Source of the DNA: Novakomyces olei
Taxonomy: Eukaryota
Assembly: GCA_016906335.1 (NCBI GenBank)
Contig: JADEYG010000007.1
Coordinates: 1 to 64,000 of the forward strand
Length of the DNA stretch: 64,000 nucleotides
Direction of reading: 5' to 3'
A model generated the notes under the pieces. That model was not told the origin of the DNA. It made no database searches and was given only the letters and a program-made list of their open reading frames with translations. This document shows, one piece after another, positions 1 through 11,307 of the stretch (its first letter is position 1; each line of letters opens with the position of its first letter). A program made the translations under genes and the position numbers.

Positions 1-127
1 CCTAACTAACCCTAACTAACCCTAACTAACCCTAACTAACCCTAACTAACCTAACTAACCCTAACTAACCCTAACCCTAACCCTAACTAACCCTGACTAA
101 CCCTGACTAACCCTGACTAACCCTGAC
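1..127. repeat. Telomeric repeat tract (C-rich strand): CCCTAACTAA distal, two CCCTAA units, CCCTGACTAA proximal
   Basis: Tandem 10-mers from base 1; CCCTAA x2 near 70-80; CCCTGACTAA x3.7 at 91-127. Confidence 0.95.
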
Positions 128-285
128 GCGCTCCAACGCACGGTTGCGGCGCTCGAGGCGAGCGATAGTCGCATCGCGCTGGGCCAGCGCACTCGAAACC
201 GAACCGACGATCGAATTTGTTGACGGAGGACCGTCATCGGCAATTACATGCACCTCGAATGGTGCCTGACGTCTTTCCTCCTGCG

Positions 286-685
286 TGTTACGATTTAATT
301 TATTTCTATATTGTTATTGCGTCTTCGATAGCACCGACGCTATTGAAGCGCTATATTATTATTTGTTTGTTGTCTTTATTTAATATTGAATATTTATTTA
401 AATATTTACTTATTATTTATTATTTATTGACTATTATTGTTCTGACTGCTTTTACTTGTTAGTTTGTTTAATCGTTTAAGTAGTTAGTGTTTCTAGAATA
501 TTCTACGTAGCGAGGATATAAATAGAGGTCCTGCTTCTACTTTTCTCGCTACGTGTAATCGAACTTTGGGGAGACCCAATCTTTTAAACCCAGTTCTATC
601 TCTTAATTTTCTCATAGTCCCAGAGCCGGCGTGAAATCCGGCAATTGGGTTCTCCTTTAGGCTTTCGCCTTCTACAACCATAACA
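286..685 (+). repeat. 5' LTR of element A
   Basis: Identical by eye to 6206-6605; TG...CA ends; TATAAATA at 517-524. Confidence 0.95.
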
Positions 686-687
686 GT

Positions 688-696
688 ATTACACGT
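688..696 (+). promoter_or_regulatory. Self-priming primer-binding site of element A (Tf1-type)
   Basis: ATTACACGT is the reverse complement of LTR 551-559 ACGTGTAAT, which lies about 30 nt downstream of the TATA box. Confidence 0.75.
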
Positions 697-738
697 CCAC
701 GATTCGGGGACTGTGACGTTTTCTTCGAGCTTTTTACG

Positions 739-1650
739 ATGGATTATCAGCAGCTACAATCGTTTCTTGAGCAAACGACGGCTCGCCTCGAGAGACTCGA
801 AACGGAAAACCAGAGCCTTAGTGAGCGACTTCGCGCCGCTAATGGAATCGTGTCCAACACGCGCACCAAGGAGCCTAAGCTTGCTCCTCCGCCGTACTTT
901 TCGGGCGATCGTTCGCAAACGGGGGATTTTCTGACCCATGTCCAGATGGTCATCGCGGGACAACCGGAACGATACAGCACGGATCGGCAGCGTGTTATGT
1001 TTGCAGCCTCCTACCTTAGGGGAGTTGCTTTTAAATGGTTTGAGCCACATGTCCGTAGCGACAATGGCGCCATACTTGACGATTTTAACAATTTTTGCCA
1101 AACCTTGGAGAAAATGTTCGGGGACAGGGACGTCCGCAGAACGGCTGAAAGACAGATCCGCTTATTGAGACAGAAGGGATCCGTGTCGCATTATGCCACA
1201 GAGTTTGAGCGTGTTAAGTCGTGGCTTACGTGGAACAACGATGCGCTCGTTGCGCAGTTCTACGAAGGACTTAAAGAGGATATCAAAGACGAATTGGCTC
1301 GTCGCGATCCGCCAGAAGAGCTTGAGAAGCTCATTGAAGAATGCGTTAAGATTGATACTCGCTTGTTTGAACGAAGCAAGGCTAGAACCAGAACGGTGAA
1401 GAGAATACCGGAGTACCGTGGAGTGGGCTCGGCTGGTTATACACCTATGGAAGTTGACTTTTTGGAGACAAGAGCAAGTTTGAAAGATAGCGTCCGTGCT
1501 AACAGGAACGCTAAACCGAAGCATGTTGGCTTTAAGGTCAAATGTTATCGTTGCAATGAAGAAGGACATGTTTCGAAGTATTGTCCTGCACCATATCCTG
1601 CGAGAGATGTGAGAGCAGAGGATTCGAAGAATTTAAAAGGCCAAGCCTAG
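739..1650 (+). CDS. gag: Gag of element A
   Basis: Retrotransposon gag motifs (AASYLRGVAFKWF, LRQKGSV, TPMEVD) and CCHC knuckle CYRCNEEGHVSKYC. Confidence 0.93.
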   Translation: MDYQQLQSFLEQTTARLERLETENQSLSERLRAANGIVSNTRTKEPKLAPPPYFSGDRSQTGDFLTHVQMVIAGQPERYSTDRQRVMFAASYLRGVAFKWFEPHVRSDNGAILDDFNNFCQTLEKMFGDRDVRRTAERQIRLLRQKGSVSHYATEFERVKSWLTWNNDALVAQFYEGLKEDIKDELARRDPPEELEKLIEECVKIDTRLFERSKARTRTVKRIPEYRGVGSAGYTPMEVDFLETRASLKDSVRANRNAKPKHVGFKVKCYRCNEEGHVSKYCPAPYPARDVRAEDSKNLKGQA

Positions 1651-4600
1651 AGCCGACGGTGGTGTCTCTAGGGGTGATGGCACAGAAAAAGCCACCAGAC
1701 GATAAACCTTATGGGAGGTTTGAGTTGTCGTGTGTTGTAAACGGCAAGAGAATTAAAGTGCTACTAGACAGTGGGTCAGACACTAATTTTATTAATCCAA
1801 GAACTGTTTTGGCACTTAAGGCCGAGACCGAACGTCTGAAAACACCTATATTTGTCAGAGTTGCAAATGGAAAGCATATTGCACGAGGTGGAGTACCCAT
1901 AAAGACGAAGGATCTACATGTCGATGTACAAGGTTTTGTATCTGAAGAATCATTCCTTGTTACCAATATTGGCAAGAACGACGCCATCCTTGGGTTACCA
2001 TGGTTTCAGAAGCACAATCCAGATATTGATTGGATTAATGGAACTATAAAGCCTCGCAATGCAAGTACTCCTACGGTGAAAGACGAAATTTCGAATATAC
2101 AGTTGAGCAGTATTACCACGGATGAAGAGATGGTTACAAATACAATACCACCAGAGTATACTGACTTTAAAGATGTGTTTGAAGAAAAGAACGTGGAAAC
2201 ATTGCCTCCACACAGAAGTTACGATCACGAGATCGAACTAACAAAGGATTCTGTTGTACCTTTCGGGCCAGTCTACAGTGTCAACCCAAAGGAACAGAAG
2301 TATTTATTGGATTATTTGGAAGAGAACTTGGCTAAGGGATTTATACGTCGTTCCAAGTCGCCTGCAGGAGCGCCAGTTCTATTTGTACCAAAGAAAAATG
2401 GAGAATTACGATTGTGTGTCGATTATCGTGGATTGAATTCGATTACTATCAAGAACAAGTACCCAATCCCACGTATCGATGACCTTATTGACAAACTTAC
2501 TGGAGTTAAGATTATGTCAAAAATCGATCTCAGAGGAGCATACAATCTTATCAGGATAAAAGAAGGGGATGAATGGAAGACTGCCTTTCGAACAAGGTAC
2601 GGGCATTTCGAATATTTGGTCATGCCTTTTGGTCTTACCAATGCACCCGCCACGTTCCAAAACTTGATGAATGATGTGTTTCGAGATTTATTAGATTACA
2701 AAGTGTTAATCTATCTGGACGACATTTTGGTATTTTCACGCGATAGGGAATCGCATGTGAACGATGTGAAAGAAGTATTAAGAAGATTGAGAGAGAATAA
2801 TCTTTATGCTAAGGACGAGAAATGCGCATTTCACAAAGAAAGCGTCGAATTTCTTGGTTACAACTTATCGACGAATGGAGTGTCGATGTGCGCAGATAAA
2901 AGGGAACCTATTTTGCAATGGGAGCCACCAAGATCTGTGCACGATGTTCAAGTCTTCCTTGGTTTTTGCAACTACTACAGGAGATTTATAAAAGATTTTG
3001 CGAAGATAGCGTTGCCGATAACACGAACGCTAAAGAAAAATGAAAAGTTTATATGGGAGACAGAGCAGCAGGAAAGCTTTGCTAAATTGAAAAAATGTTT
3101 CGTTAGCGATGTGATGCTACAACACTATGACCCAGATCAACAATGTATTATCGAAACGGATGCGTCTGATTTTGCACTCGGAGCAGTGTTGACGCAAGGG
3201 CCAGAAAAAGGCAGACGACCAGTTGCATTTATAAGCCGAAAGCTTACACCAGCAGAGACTAACTACGACATACATGATAAAGAGTTGTTAGCTATAGTTT
3301 GGGCTTTCAAAGTTTGGAGAACGTATTTGCAAGGTCATGCTATACCAATTATTGTCTACACAGACCATCGCAACTTACAGACATTTACAACGACGAAACA
3401 GCTCTCTAGAAGACAGGCGAGATGGGCCGAAGTCTTATCAGAGTATAATTTTGTGATCACGTACCGAAAGGGATCAGCAAATGGAGGTACTGATGCTCTA
3501 AGTCGACGTACCGAGTTAAATGAATTAAAGAAAAGCAATTATATGGACAACCAACAGCGCATATTGCTAGCACCAGAATTGTTTGCAAATGCTATTACAA
3601 CTGATCAAACCACAGGAGATTCTCAAGAGCAGGCAGAAACAGCAATCGCTATGCCAACTAAATTATTTGTCGATGAGAAGGATCGAATTAAAGTATTGTC
3701 ACAGGCTCATGACCATCCCCTAGCAGGTCATTTTGGGACAGCAAAAACAATCGCACTGCTGAAGAGACATTTTACATGGCCAGGCCTTACAAAGGATGCT
3801 ACAGATTATGTTCAAGCTTGTACAACATGTATGAGAAACAAGACAACGCGCCACAAAAGAACGGGATTACTAAATCCACTACCAAGTCCGACCAGACCAT
3901 GGAAATCTATATCTATGGATTTTATTGTTAAATTACCACAAGCGGGAGGATTTGACTCTATATGGGTTGTGGTGGACAGATTTTCTAAAATGGTGCATTT
4001 TATTCCGATTAAAGAAGCTGTCACAGCTCAAGAGTTAGCGACAAAGTTTATTTCAGAGATTGTACGCTTACATGGGCTTCCTGACGAAATCATTTCAGAC
4101 AGAGATCCTAAATTCGTGAGTAATTTTGGACCTGTTTAGCGAAACAATTGGGAATTACGTTGAATAAGTCGACCAGTCATCATCCACAGACTGATGGTCA
4201 GACTGAGAAGATGAATCAAACATTGGAGCAATACTTGAGATGCTATGTGAACTATTACCAGACGAACTGGATAACTTTGCTACCGTTTGCAGAGATTGCT
4301 ATGAATAACTCAGTTAGCAGCGCTACACAGCAATCGCCTTATTTTATTTGTTATGGATATCACCCGAGATTATCTTTAAATGGACAGGAAACAGAAAATC
4401 CTACGGCAAATGAGACTGCCACGAATTGGAGTCATCATTTTGAGAAAATCAATGAATTATTGAATGACAACGCCACGCGAATGAAGAGGTTTTACGACAG
4501 AAAAGTACGACCAGGACCGGTTTATGAACCAGGAGACCTTGTCTGGATTCGTAAAACGCATATACGAAGTGAAAGACCAAGTGAAAAATTTGATCACATA

Positions 4601-4977
4601 CACATCGGACCCTTCAAAGTTATTGAACGAATTGGGAGGAGTGCTTATCGAGTGGAACTACCAGCACATATAAAAGTACATGATGTATTTAACGAAACAA
4701 TGTTGGAACCACACAAGCCAGACCGTTTTAATCGAGACCCGACAGATCTTGTTGTACCGGATATATTGGAAGAAACAATGAATATGAAGTGGATCATATT
4801 GTGCAACACAAAGGGCGCGGTCGCGGAATACGATATTTAGTGCACTGGAAAGGGTATGGACCAGACGATTGCACTTGGGAGCCATACAGCAATTTAAGTC
4901 ATGCACAAGAGGCTGTTGCCGAATATCATACTAAAAGGAAGAATTTAGCGTCTTCACTTTCTCTTACGCTATATTGA
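1581..4977 (+). CDS. pol: Pol of element A (protease, RT, RNase H, integrase, chromodomain); -1 frame to gag; two apparent 1-bp frameshifts near 4127 and 4778
   Basis: LLDSGS, YLDD, TDASD, HHCC zinc finger, D-D-E core, chromodomain VHWKGYG..TWEP; pieces 1581-4139, 4148-4840 and 4789-4977 are collinear with element B pol. Confidence 0.92.
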
Positions 4978-5167
4978 ATTACTTGAGTTAGCGTGCGTGC
5001 TAACACTGACGCTATATATAAAGTCAGCATTGATATTTTATTTTGATTATTACCTGCAATATTATTATTGTCGGTTACTTATATATTGGATTACTTACCA
5101 ATAATTTATTTTTATTTAAGGACGAGGAAAATTATTTCACTCTTAGCGGAAACGAAGCACAGCCGCA

Positions 5168-6205
5168 ATGTCAAACGCCTCGTCCCCAACACAATATTTT
5201 GACGCCTCGGAGACCTCACCAGTTCAGGGGGGAGGTAAGCGACGACGCAAAGGCATGGGACCGATCCCCTGCGATCTTTGCGACGCACGATTTTATCGCG
5301 CCAGCGAACTTTCGAGACATGAGCACACGCACAACAAGGTGCTAAAAGAAAGTTTACAGTTATGGAAAAATAATGCAGAAAATGCCACAAACTACGACTT
5401 GGGCATCTCGATACTGCAAAGGGCTACCCAAAAGAAGCCACAGATATGCCAACCAGAGACGCATGATAACGAACAGTTTGCCGAAAACGTTATCAAAGAT
5501 CTTCTACACGGAAGCTCGTGCAGCTTTGCAAAGACGAACGTTCGCGAATTGGACAACGAAGTCCATGTGTCTAACTTTGTACTACAATTCTTTACATCAA
5601 AGACCGATGGAGTTGCGGCGTACAACATTGTCCCGAGTGGGGATACGATGAGGCTGCTCACGCCTTTAAAACAGCATCAGAATCTAGCTTCTCTTTGGCT
5701 GTCTGCTGCATCGCCAGCGCCTCTTATAACCGATGTTCATGCCGACAACATTCTCTTGGCCAACACAATTATGTGTCTCTCTGGCAAGAAACTTGTTTTT
5801 ACCTGGCCCCCGACGGATGAGAACTTACGTCTGTTTGGACCCAGACACCGTCGCCACGGGGATCTATTCTTACCACTAGCGATTCGCTCTCTGTGCGGCC
5901 TCAAGTTAACATTCTTGACAGCCGGGAAAGCAATGACAATGGAACCGGGGACGTTACATGCGGTAATGACCCTCGAGAACTCTATTATCACTGGGTACTC
6001 GTTTGCATACACCCATTCGCGTCTCAAGCGTCTAGCCATGTGGGATGCTGAGAGTGCAAAAGGAACGGATTTGGAACTTCAAGTTGAGAACGAGCACCAG
6101 GAAGCAATTGAAGTTTACCGAGCCACTCTTCCTGCTTATTACAACGCGAAAAAGAAGTTTATTTATTCGGGCTTACAGGTGTTACGCCTCGGGAGGGGAG
6201 AGTAG
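5168..6205 (+). CDS. Element A ORF3: C2H2 zinc finger plus JmjC-domain 2OG/Fe(II) dioxygenase (KDM2/Epe1-like)
   Basis: Cx2Cx12Hx3H finger, basic KRRRK, TDVHAD (HxD), SGKK..WPPT.ENL, PGTLHAVMT...GYSF distal His; intact 345-aa ORF inside the LTRs. Confidence 0.82.
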   Translation: MSNASSPTQYFDASETSPVQGGGKRRRKGMGPIPCDLCDARFYRASELSRHEHTHNKVLKESLQLWKNNAENATNYDLGISILQRATQKKPQICQPETHDNEQFAENVIKDLLHGSSCSFAKTNVRELDNEVHVSNFVLQFFTSKTDGVAAYNIVPSGDTMRLLTPLKQHQNLASLWLSAASPAPLITDVHADNILLANTIMCLSGKKLVFTWPPTDENLRLFGPRHRRHGDLFLPLAIRSLCGLKLTFLTAGKAMTMEPGTLHAVMTLENSIITGYSFAYTHSRLKRLAMWDAESAKGTDLELQVENEHQEAIEVYRATLPAYYNAKKKFIYSGLQVLRLGRGE

Positions 6206-6605
6206 TGTTACGATTTAATTTATTTCTATATTGTTATTGCGTCTTCGATAGCACCGACGCTATTGAAGCGCTATATTATTATTTGTTTGTTGTCTTTATT
6301 TAATATTGAATATTTATTTAAATATTTACTTATTATTTATTATTTATTGACTATTATTGTTCTGACTGCTTTTACTTGTTAGTTTGTTTAATCGTTTAAG
6401 TAGTTAGTGTTTCTAGAATATTCTACGTAGCGAGGATATAAATAGAGGTCCTGCTTCTACTTTTCTCGCTACGTGTAATCGAACTTTGGGGAGACCCAAT
6501 CTTTTAAACCCAGTTCTATCTCTTAATTTTCTCATAGTCCCAGAGCCGGCGTGAAATCCGGCAATTGGGTTCTCCTTTAGGCTTTCGCCTTCTACAACCA
6601 TAACA
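6206..6605 (+). repeat. 3' LTR of element A
   Basis: Copy of 286-685, preceded by PPT GGGAGGGGAGAG. Confidence 0.95.
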
Positions 6606-6622
6606 ACTATCTACTAAAGTAC

Positions 6623-9202
6623 TTGGAAGAAAACTTGCAATCAGGATTTATTCGAAAATCTAAAAGTCCAGCTGCATCACCTGTACTATTTGCACCGAAG
6701 AAAGACGGTGACCTTAGACTCTGTGTCGACTACAGAGCTTTAAACAAAGTTACAGTGAAGAACCGTTATCCTTTGCCGCGCATTGATGGACTTATTGATA
6801 AGTTAGCGCAGGCCATCTACTTCACTAAACTAGATTTGCGAGGTGCATACAACCTCATCAGAATTAAGAAAGGAGACGAATGGAAAACAGCATTTCGTAC
6901 TCGCTATGGATTATTTGAATATCGCGTAATGCCATTTGGACTTACAAATGCACCAGCGACGTTTCAAAATTTAATGAATGACATATTTCGAGATATATTA
7001 GATGTCAAAGTTTTGGTTTATCTAGACGACATTCTAGTATATAGCAAGACCCTTGAGCAACACCTTCAGGATGTTCGCGAAGTACTTTATCGCTTACGAC
7101 AACACACTTTATATGTGAAACTAGAAAAATGTGAATTTCACAAAGCTACTGTTGAATTTCTAGGATATATCATATCAAAAGATGGACTGTCAATGGCAAA
7201 ATCGAAAACAGAGCCAATACAAAACTGGCCACAGCCAAAGAATGTCAAAGACGTGCAAATTCTTTTAGGTTTCTGCAACTACTATCGCCGCTTTATCCCG
7301 AATTTCTCGAAAATTGTATTACCAATAACTGAGTTACTCAAGCAAAAAACCGCATTCGCTTGGACCGCCGCTCAGAGCGACGCTTTTAGCGACTTGAAGA
7401 AATCATTTCTAAAAAATGTTATGCTTGATCATATTGATAACAATTTGCAATGTGTCATTGAAACAGACGCTTCAGACTTTGCTTTAGGCGCCTGTCTACG
7501 ACAACAAAGCAAAGACAAACGACCTATCGCCTTCATTAGTAGAAAGCTACTACCAGCAGAGCTAAATTACGACATTTACGACAAAGAACTTTTGTGTATC
7601 GTGTGGAGTTTACGCACATGGCGTCATTATTTACATGGCTCACCACATCCTATACTGATCTACAGTGATCACCAAAACCTACAAACGTTTACAACATCGA
7701 AAATACTCACCAGACGACAAGCCAGATGGGCTGAGATCTTAGCTGAGTTCGATTTTAACATTATTTATCGAAGAGGTCAATTAAACATACCTGCTGACGC
7801 ATTGAGCCGCCGCTCCGACTTAGCAGATACTACGGATATTGAATATCAAAAGATACAATTGAAACCACTGCTTAAACAATCGCAGTTTATCGCAGTAAAC
7901 ACCGTTGAAGAAGGCAAAACATTTGTGCCACCCGAGAATCGACAAGAGATTCTAGCAGCGTGTCATGATCACCCGCTATCTGGTCATTTAGGAATCAATA
8001 AAACCATTGAACTTGTCACCAGAAATTACTTTTGGCAGGGAATTCACCGCGACGTAAAGAAATACGTACAAGGCTGCACTACTTGCACCCGAAACAAGGT
8101 CCCCAGACATCGCCCTTATGGACTGCTAGTACCACTCTACGTTCCCGACCGCCCTTGGAAGTCTATTTCTATTGACTTTATTGTTAAACTGCCTATTTCT
8201 AAATCCTTTGATTCAATTTTTGTTGTGATAGACCGATTTTCAAAGATGGCTCACTTTATACCAACAGTCGAAACAATTACATCTTTCGATCTCACACACA
8301 TTTTTATCAAGGAAATTATCCGCCTACATGGAATCCCAGAAGACATCGTATCGGATCGCGATACACGATTTGTTAGCAAATTTTGGAATTCACTAACGCA
8401 ACAACTTGGCGTTACACTACGAAAGTCAACCAGCCACCATCCCCAAACAGATGGCCAAACGGAACGACTAAATCAAACTTTGGAACAGTACATACGCTGT
8501 TATTCTAATTACCAACAAGACAATTGGTCTGATTTGCTCCCTTTTGCCGAATTCGCTTACAACAATACTATAAGCGCGAGCACCAAACAAAGCCCATTTT
8601 TTACTTGCTACGGTTATCACCCAAGAAGCGCTTTTACACCACTGCAGACGCCGAATGAATCTGCTAACAAACTTGCTATGGATTGGAAAAACCACTTTAA
8701 TTCTACACAATCTATACTCAAACAATCAATTCAAAGAATGAAAGATTTTTATGATCGCAAACGACTGGAAGCACCCAAATTTAACATTGGCGACTTAGTT
8801 TGGATACGACGAGAACACATTTTATCATCAAGACCAAGCCCAAAGCTCGATCATGTTTTTCTCGGACCTTTTCCCATTATAGCTACAGTTGGCCCAGCCG
8901 CTTATCGCATTGAATTACCAGATCATATTAAAATCCACAATGTTTTTCATGAAACACTGCTCTCAAGACACAAACCTGACCGATTTAATCGTGAATCGAC
9001 AGAACAAATTGTGCCCGATATACTCAAAGACACAGAAGAATATGAAGTTGATCATATCGTCAGTCATCGTGGACGTGGAAAGAACCGCCAATATTACGTC
9101 CATTGGAAAAACTATGGACCAGAAGACCGTACCTGGGAACCATACGAAAACTTGGTTAATGCACAAGACGCTTTACGCGAATATCACAATCGCAACCTTT
9201 GA
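6623..9202 (+). pseudogene. pol: 5'-truncated Pol of element B (RT, RNase H, integrase, chromodomain)
   Basis: LRLCVDYRALN, YLDD, TDASD, HHCC, DDE, chromodomain YEVDHI..VHWKNYG..TWEP; lacks protease and gag. Confidence 0.9.
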
Positions 9203-9407
9203 AACTACCAATTATTCTCTAATTATGCTTTTTATCACTTATTGATTTTAATTCAGGGATAAAAACTTCTATTACACCAACATTTTTATTGTTTTACTAC
9301 GAAATGGGACACTGATTCAACTCCGGTACCCTTGTTATTGTATGCCTCAACCTCATACAGCTTGATTTTTATATTGATTCTTTATTATCTATTCGAATCT
9401 ATCTTGC

Positions 9408-10038
9408 TGTCATGATCCTCGCCTTGGCGAGTCCCTGACAACCGCGTTGGGAAGCGAGGGGCGACGCCTGTAGTCGGACTTGGGATGTCCGCGCGTCGCG
9501 AGCTTCGCCAACGCGGCCCAAGACCAGTCGGCGCGTAATGCGATGGTCTTGGGACGTAGAAGTTGTCTTAGTGCGCATGTAGGTACGCGCACTAAGCCAG
9601 CTTGGCCCACGGGAGCGAGGGGCTCCATGCACAATGTGCACGGACCTCGCTTCCCGTTCTCATTCTCGCACGCTAGCGAGTGCGACCCTTCGCACTCCGC
9701 TAGCGCGAGAACATTCATAGTTATTTCCATAGTCTAGTTTAGGTTGAGAGCTTCCCGCTCTAACTTGCGCGACCTTCGCTCAAGTTAGTTTGGGAAGAGT
9801 AGTTTAGAGTGCGAAGGAGCATCCGCTCCTCCGCAGCTTAGTTTAGTTTATAGTTGCCCGTGAAGGCCTCTTGCCCTTCACGGGTTGATTATCTCAAAGT
9901 GGGAGTAATACATTATATTACTCCTGGTAAGCTTTACAGTAATCGCTTTCTGCTTTCCTGGTCTTTCTTATTCCTTTACTTTATTTAAACTATACACGGC
10001 CGGCCTCCAGCGATTGTAGCTGTAAGGACCGCCTTACA
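9408..10038 (+). repeat. 5' LTR of element C
   Basis: TGTCA...TTACA; matches 15736-16366. Confidence 0.95.
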
Positions 10039-10040
10039 CT

Positions 10041-10053
10041 ATAATCAACCCGT
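10041..10053 (+). promoter_or_regulatory. Self-priming primer-binding site of element C
   Basis: ATAATCAACCCGT is the exact 13-nt reverse complement of LTR 9880-9892. Confidence 0.85.
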
Positions 10054-10374
10054 CCCGGTCGTTGAAGTTTGAAGTTTTTTGGAATTGTTTGTGTTTTATT
10101 TCCTTCGGATTCGAGAGAGTTTCGGACGTCGAGTCAAAGACGCGGTTCGGTACTTATTTTTACGGATTTTTACGGAAGTTAAAACGGTTAAAGCGTCGAG
10201 TGAAGGACGTGGATTCGAGTTTGAGAATTTTGAGTTATCGAGTGTTCCGGTGAAACACAGTTATTTTGAGTTATTGAGTATCGGCTTGGATAGTCGACGA
10301 TTGAGTGAACAATTTACGAAGAACGGTTCTGGAAGAACGATTACGATTACGAGTTTTGCGGTACGAGGGACAAG

Positions 10375-11307
10375 ATGTCGCAAGAGGAGCTTAACACCTT
10401 TTTGCAATCCCTGCAAGCTCAGATTGCCGAGTTGAAGGCAGAGAACGAGAAAGGGCGATCGCACATTGCGCATCTGACCCAGGAGATCGGTTCGCGAGCT
10501 AAGAGAGCTCCGACGAGTGACGGACCAGCGGTGATGAAGCCCGACGCGTTTCGTGGGGACCGCAGAATGGTCGAGAATTTTTTGGCGCAGCTTCGCCTTT
10601 ACATCATGTTGAAACCGCACGAGTTTCGCGACGAGCGTTCGAAGGTTTTGTTCGCAGCTTCGTATTTGCGGGACGCCGCATTTGCGTGGTTCGAACCACA
10701 CCTTCGCAACAACGACTTCGCTTCGGTAGTACCTACTTTTGAAGCCTTTTGCGAAGCGTTGGCCGCGAATTTCGGCAAAGTCGACAGGGTGAGTCAGGCG
10801 CAAAGAGAGTTAGCCGCCTTGAGACAACGTGGATCAGCAGCATCTTATGCGAGCATTTTTCAAAGAATTGCTTCGTATTTGGATTTCAATGACAGTGCGC
10901 TGACGTTCATGTATTATCAGGGGCTGAAGGATCGCATCAAGGATGAGCTTTCCAGGATGGACAGACCCCGCACTTTGAATGAAATGATTGAGATTTCAGT
11001 TCGCGTGGATGGAAGAATATCCGACAGGCACATCGAGAGTGCAAGCCGCGGTTCCGTGAAATATTCCAACAACCGCCCGGCTGCAAACGCGAGTACAAGT
11101 TTTACTCCTATGGATGTGGACGCGATTAGTTTGGAAAAGGAGGATAACAACCATCGCAAAAGCAACATCAAATGCTTTAACTGTGGACGCGTGGGTCATC
11201 GAGCAAGAGAATGCAAGCAGAAGAAGAAGACGTACAATCAGCAACACGTCGCTGCATTCACGCACGAATTTTCCGATTTGGGAAAAGCGAACGCCCAGGT
11301 CCAATGA
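10375..11307 (+). CDS. gag: Gag of element C
   Basis: AASYLRDAAFAWF, LRQRGS, TPMDVD, CCHC knuckle CFNCGRVGHRAREC. Confidence 0.94.
   Translation: MSQEELNTFLQSLQAQIAELKAENEKGRSHIAHLTQEIGSRAKRAPTSDGPAVMKPDAFRGDRRMVENFLAQLRLYIMLKPHEFRDERSKVLFAASYLRDAAFAWFEPHLRNNDFASVVPTFEAFCEALAANFGKVDRVSQAQRELAALRQRGSAASYASIFQRIASYLDFNDSALTFMYYQGLKDRIKDELSRMDRPRTLNEMIEISVRVDGRISDRHIESASRGSVKYSNNRPAANASTSFTPMDVDAISLEKEDNNHRKSNIKCFNCGRVGHRARECKQKKKTYNQQHVAAFTHEFSDLGKANAQVQ

Larger units (their letters stand above)
286..6605 (+). mobile_element. Ty3/gypsy chromovirus LTR retrotransposon, element A (gag, pol, JmjC ORF3)
   Basis: Two 400-bp LTRs TGTTA...TAACA, gag, PR-RT-RH-IN-chromodomain order, PPT at 6191-6202; flanks CTGCG and ACTAT do not form a TSD. 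Confidence 0.96.

Noticed and set aside
217-681. Short ORFs in LTR A (217-462, 493-681 and copy 6413-6601)
   Set aside because: They lie within or across the LTR, are low complexity and show no protein motifs
4120-4790. Frameshifts in element A integrase as programmed recoding
   Set aside because: Both are single-base losses in short homopolymer runs and element B is continuous there; mutation or assembly error is more likely
5168-6205. ORF3 as an env-like gene
   Set aside because: No signal peptide or transmembrane segment; zinc finger and JmjC motifs instead
9399-9737. Overlapping ORFs in the GC-rich U3 of LTR C (repeated at 15622-16065)
   Set aside because: Duplicated only because the LTR is duplicated; open frames are expected in GC-rich DNA
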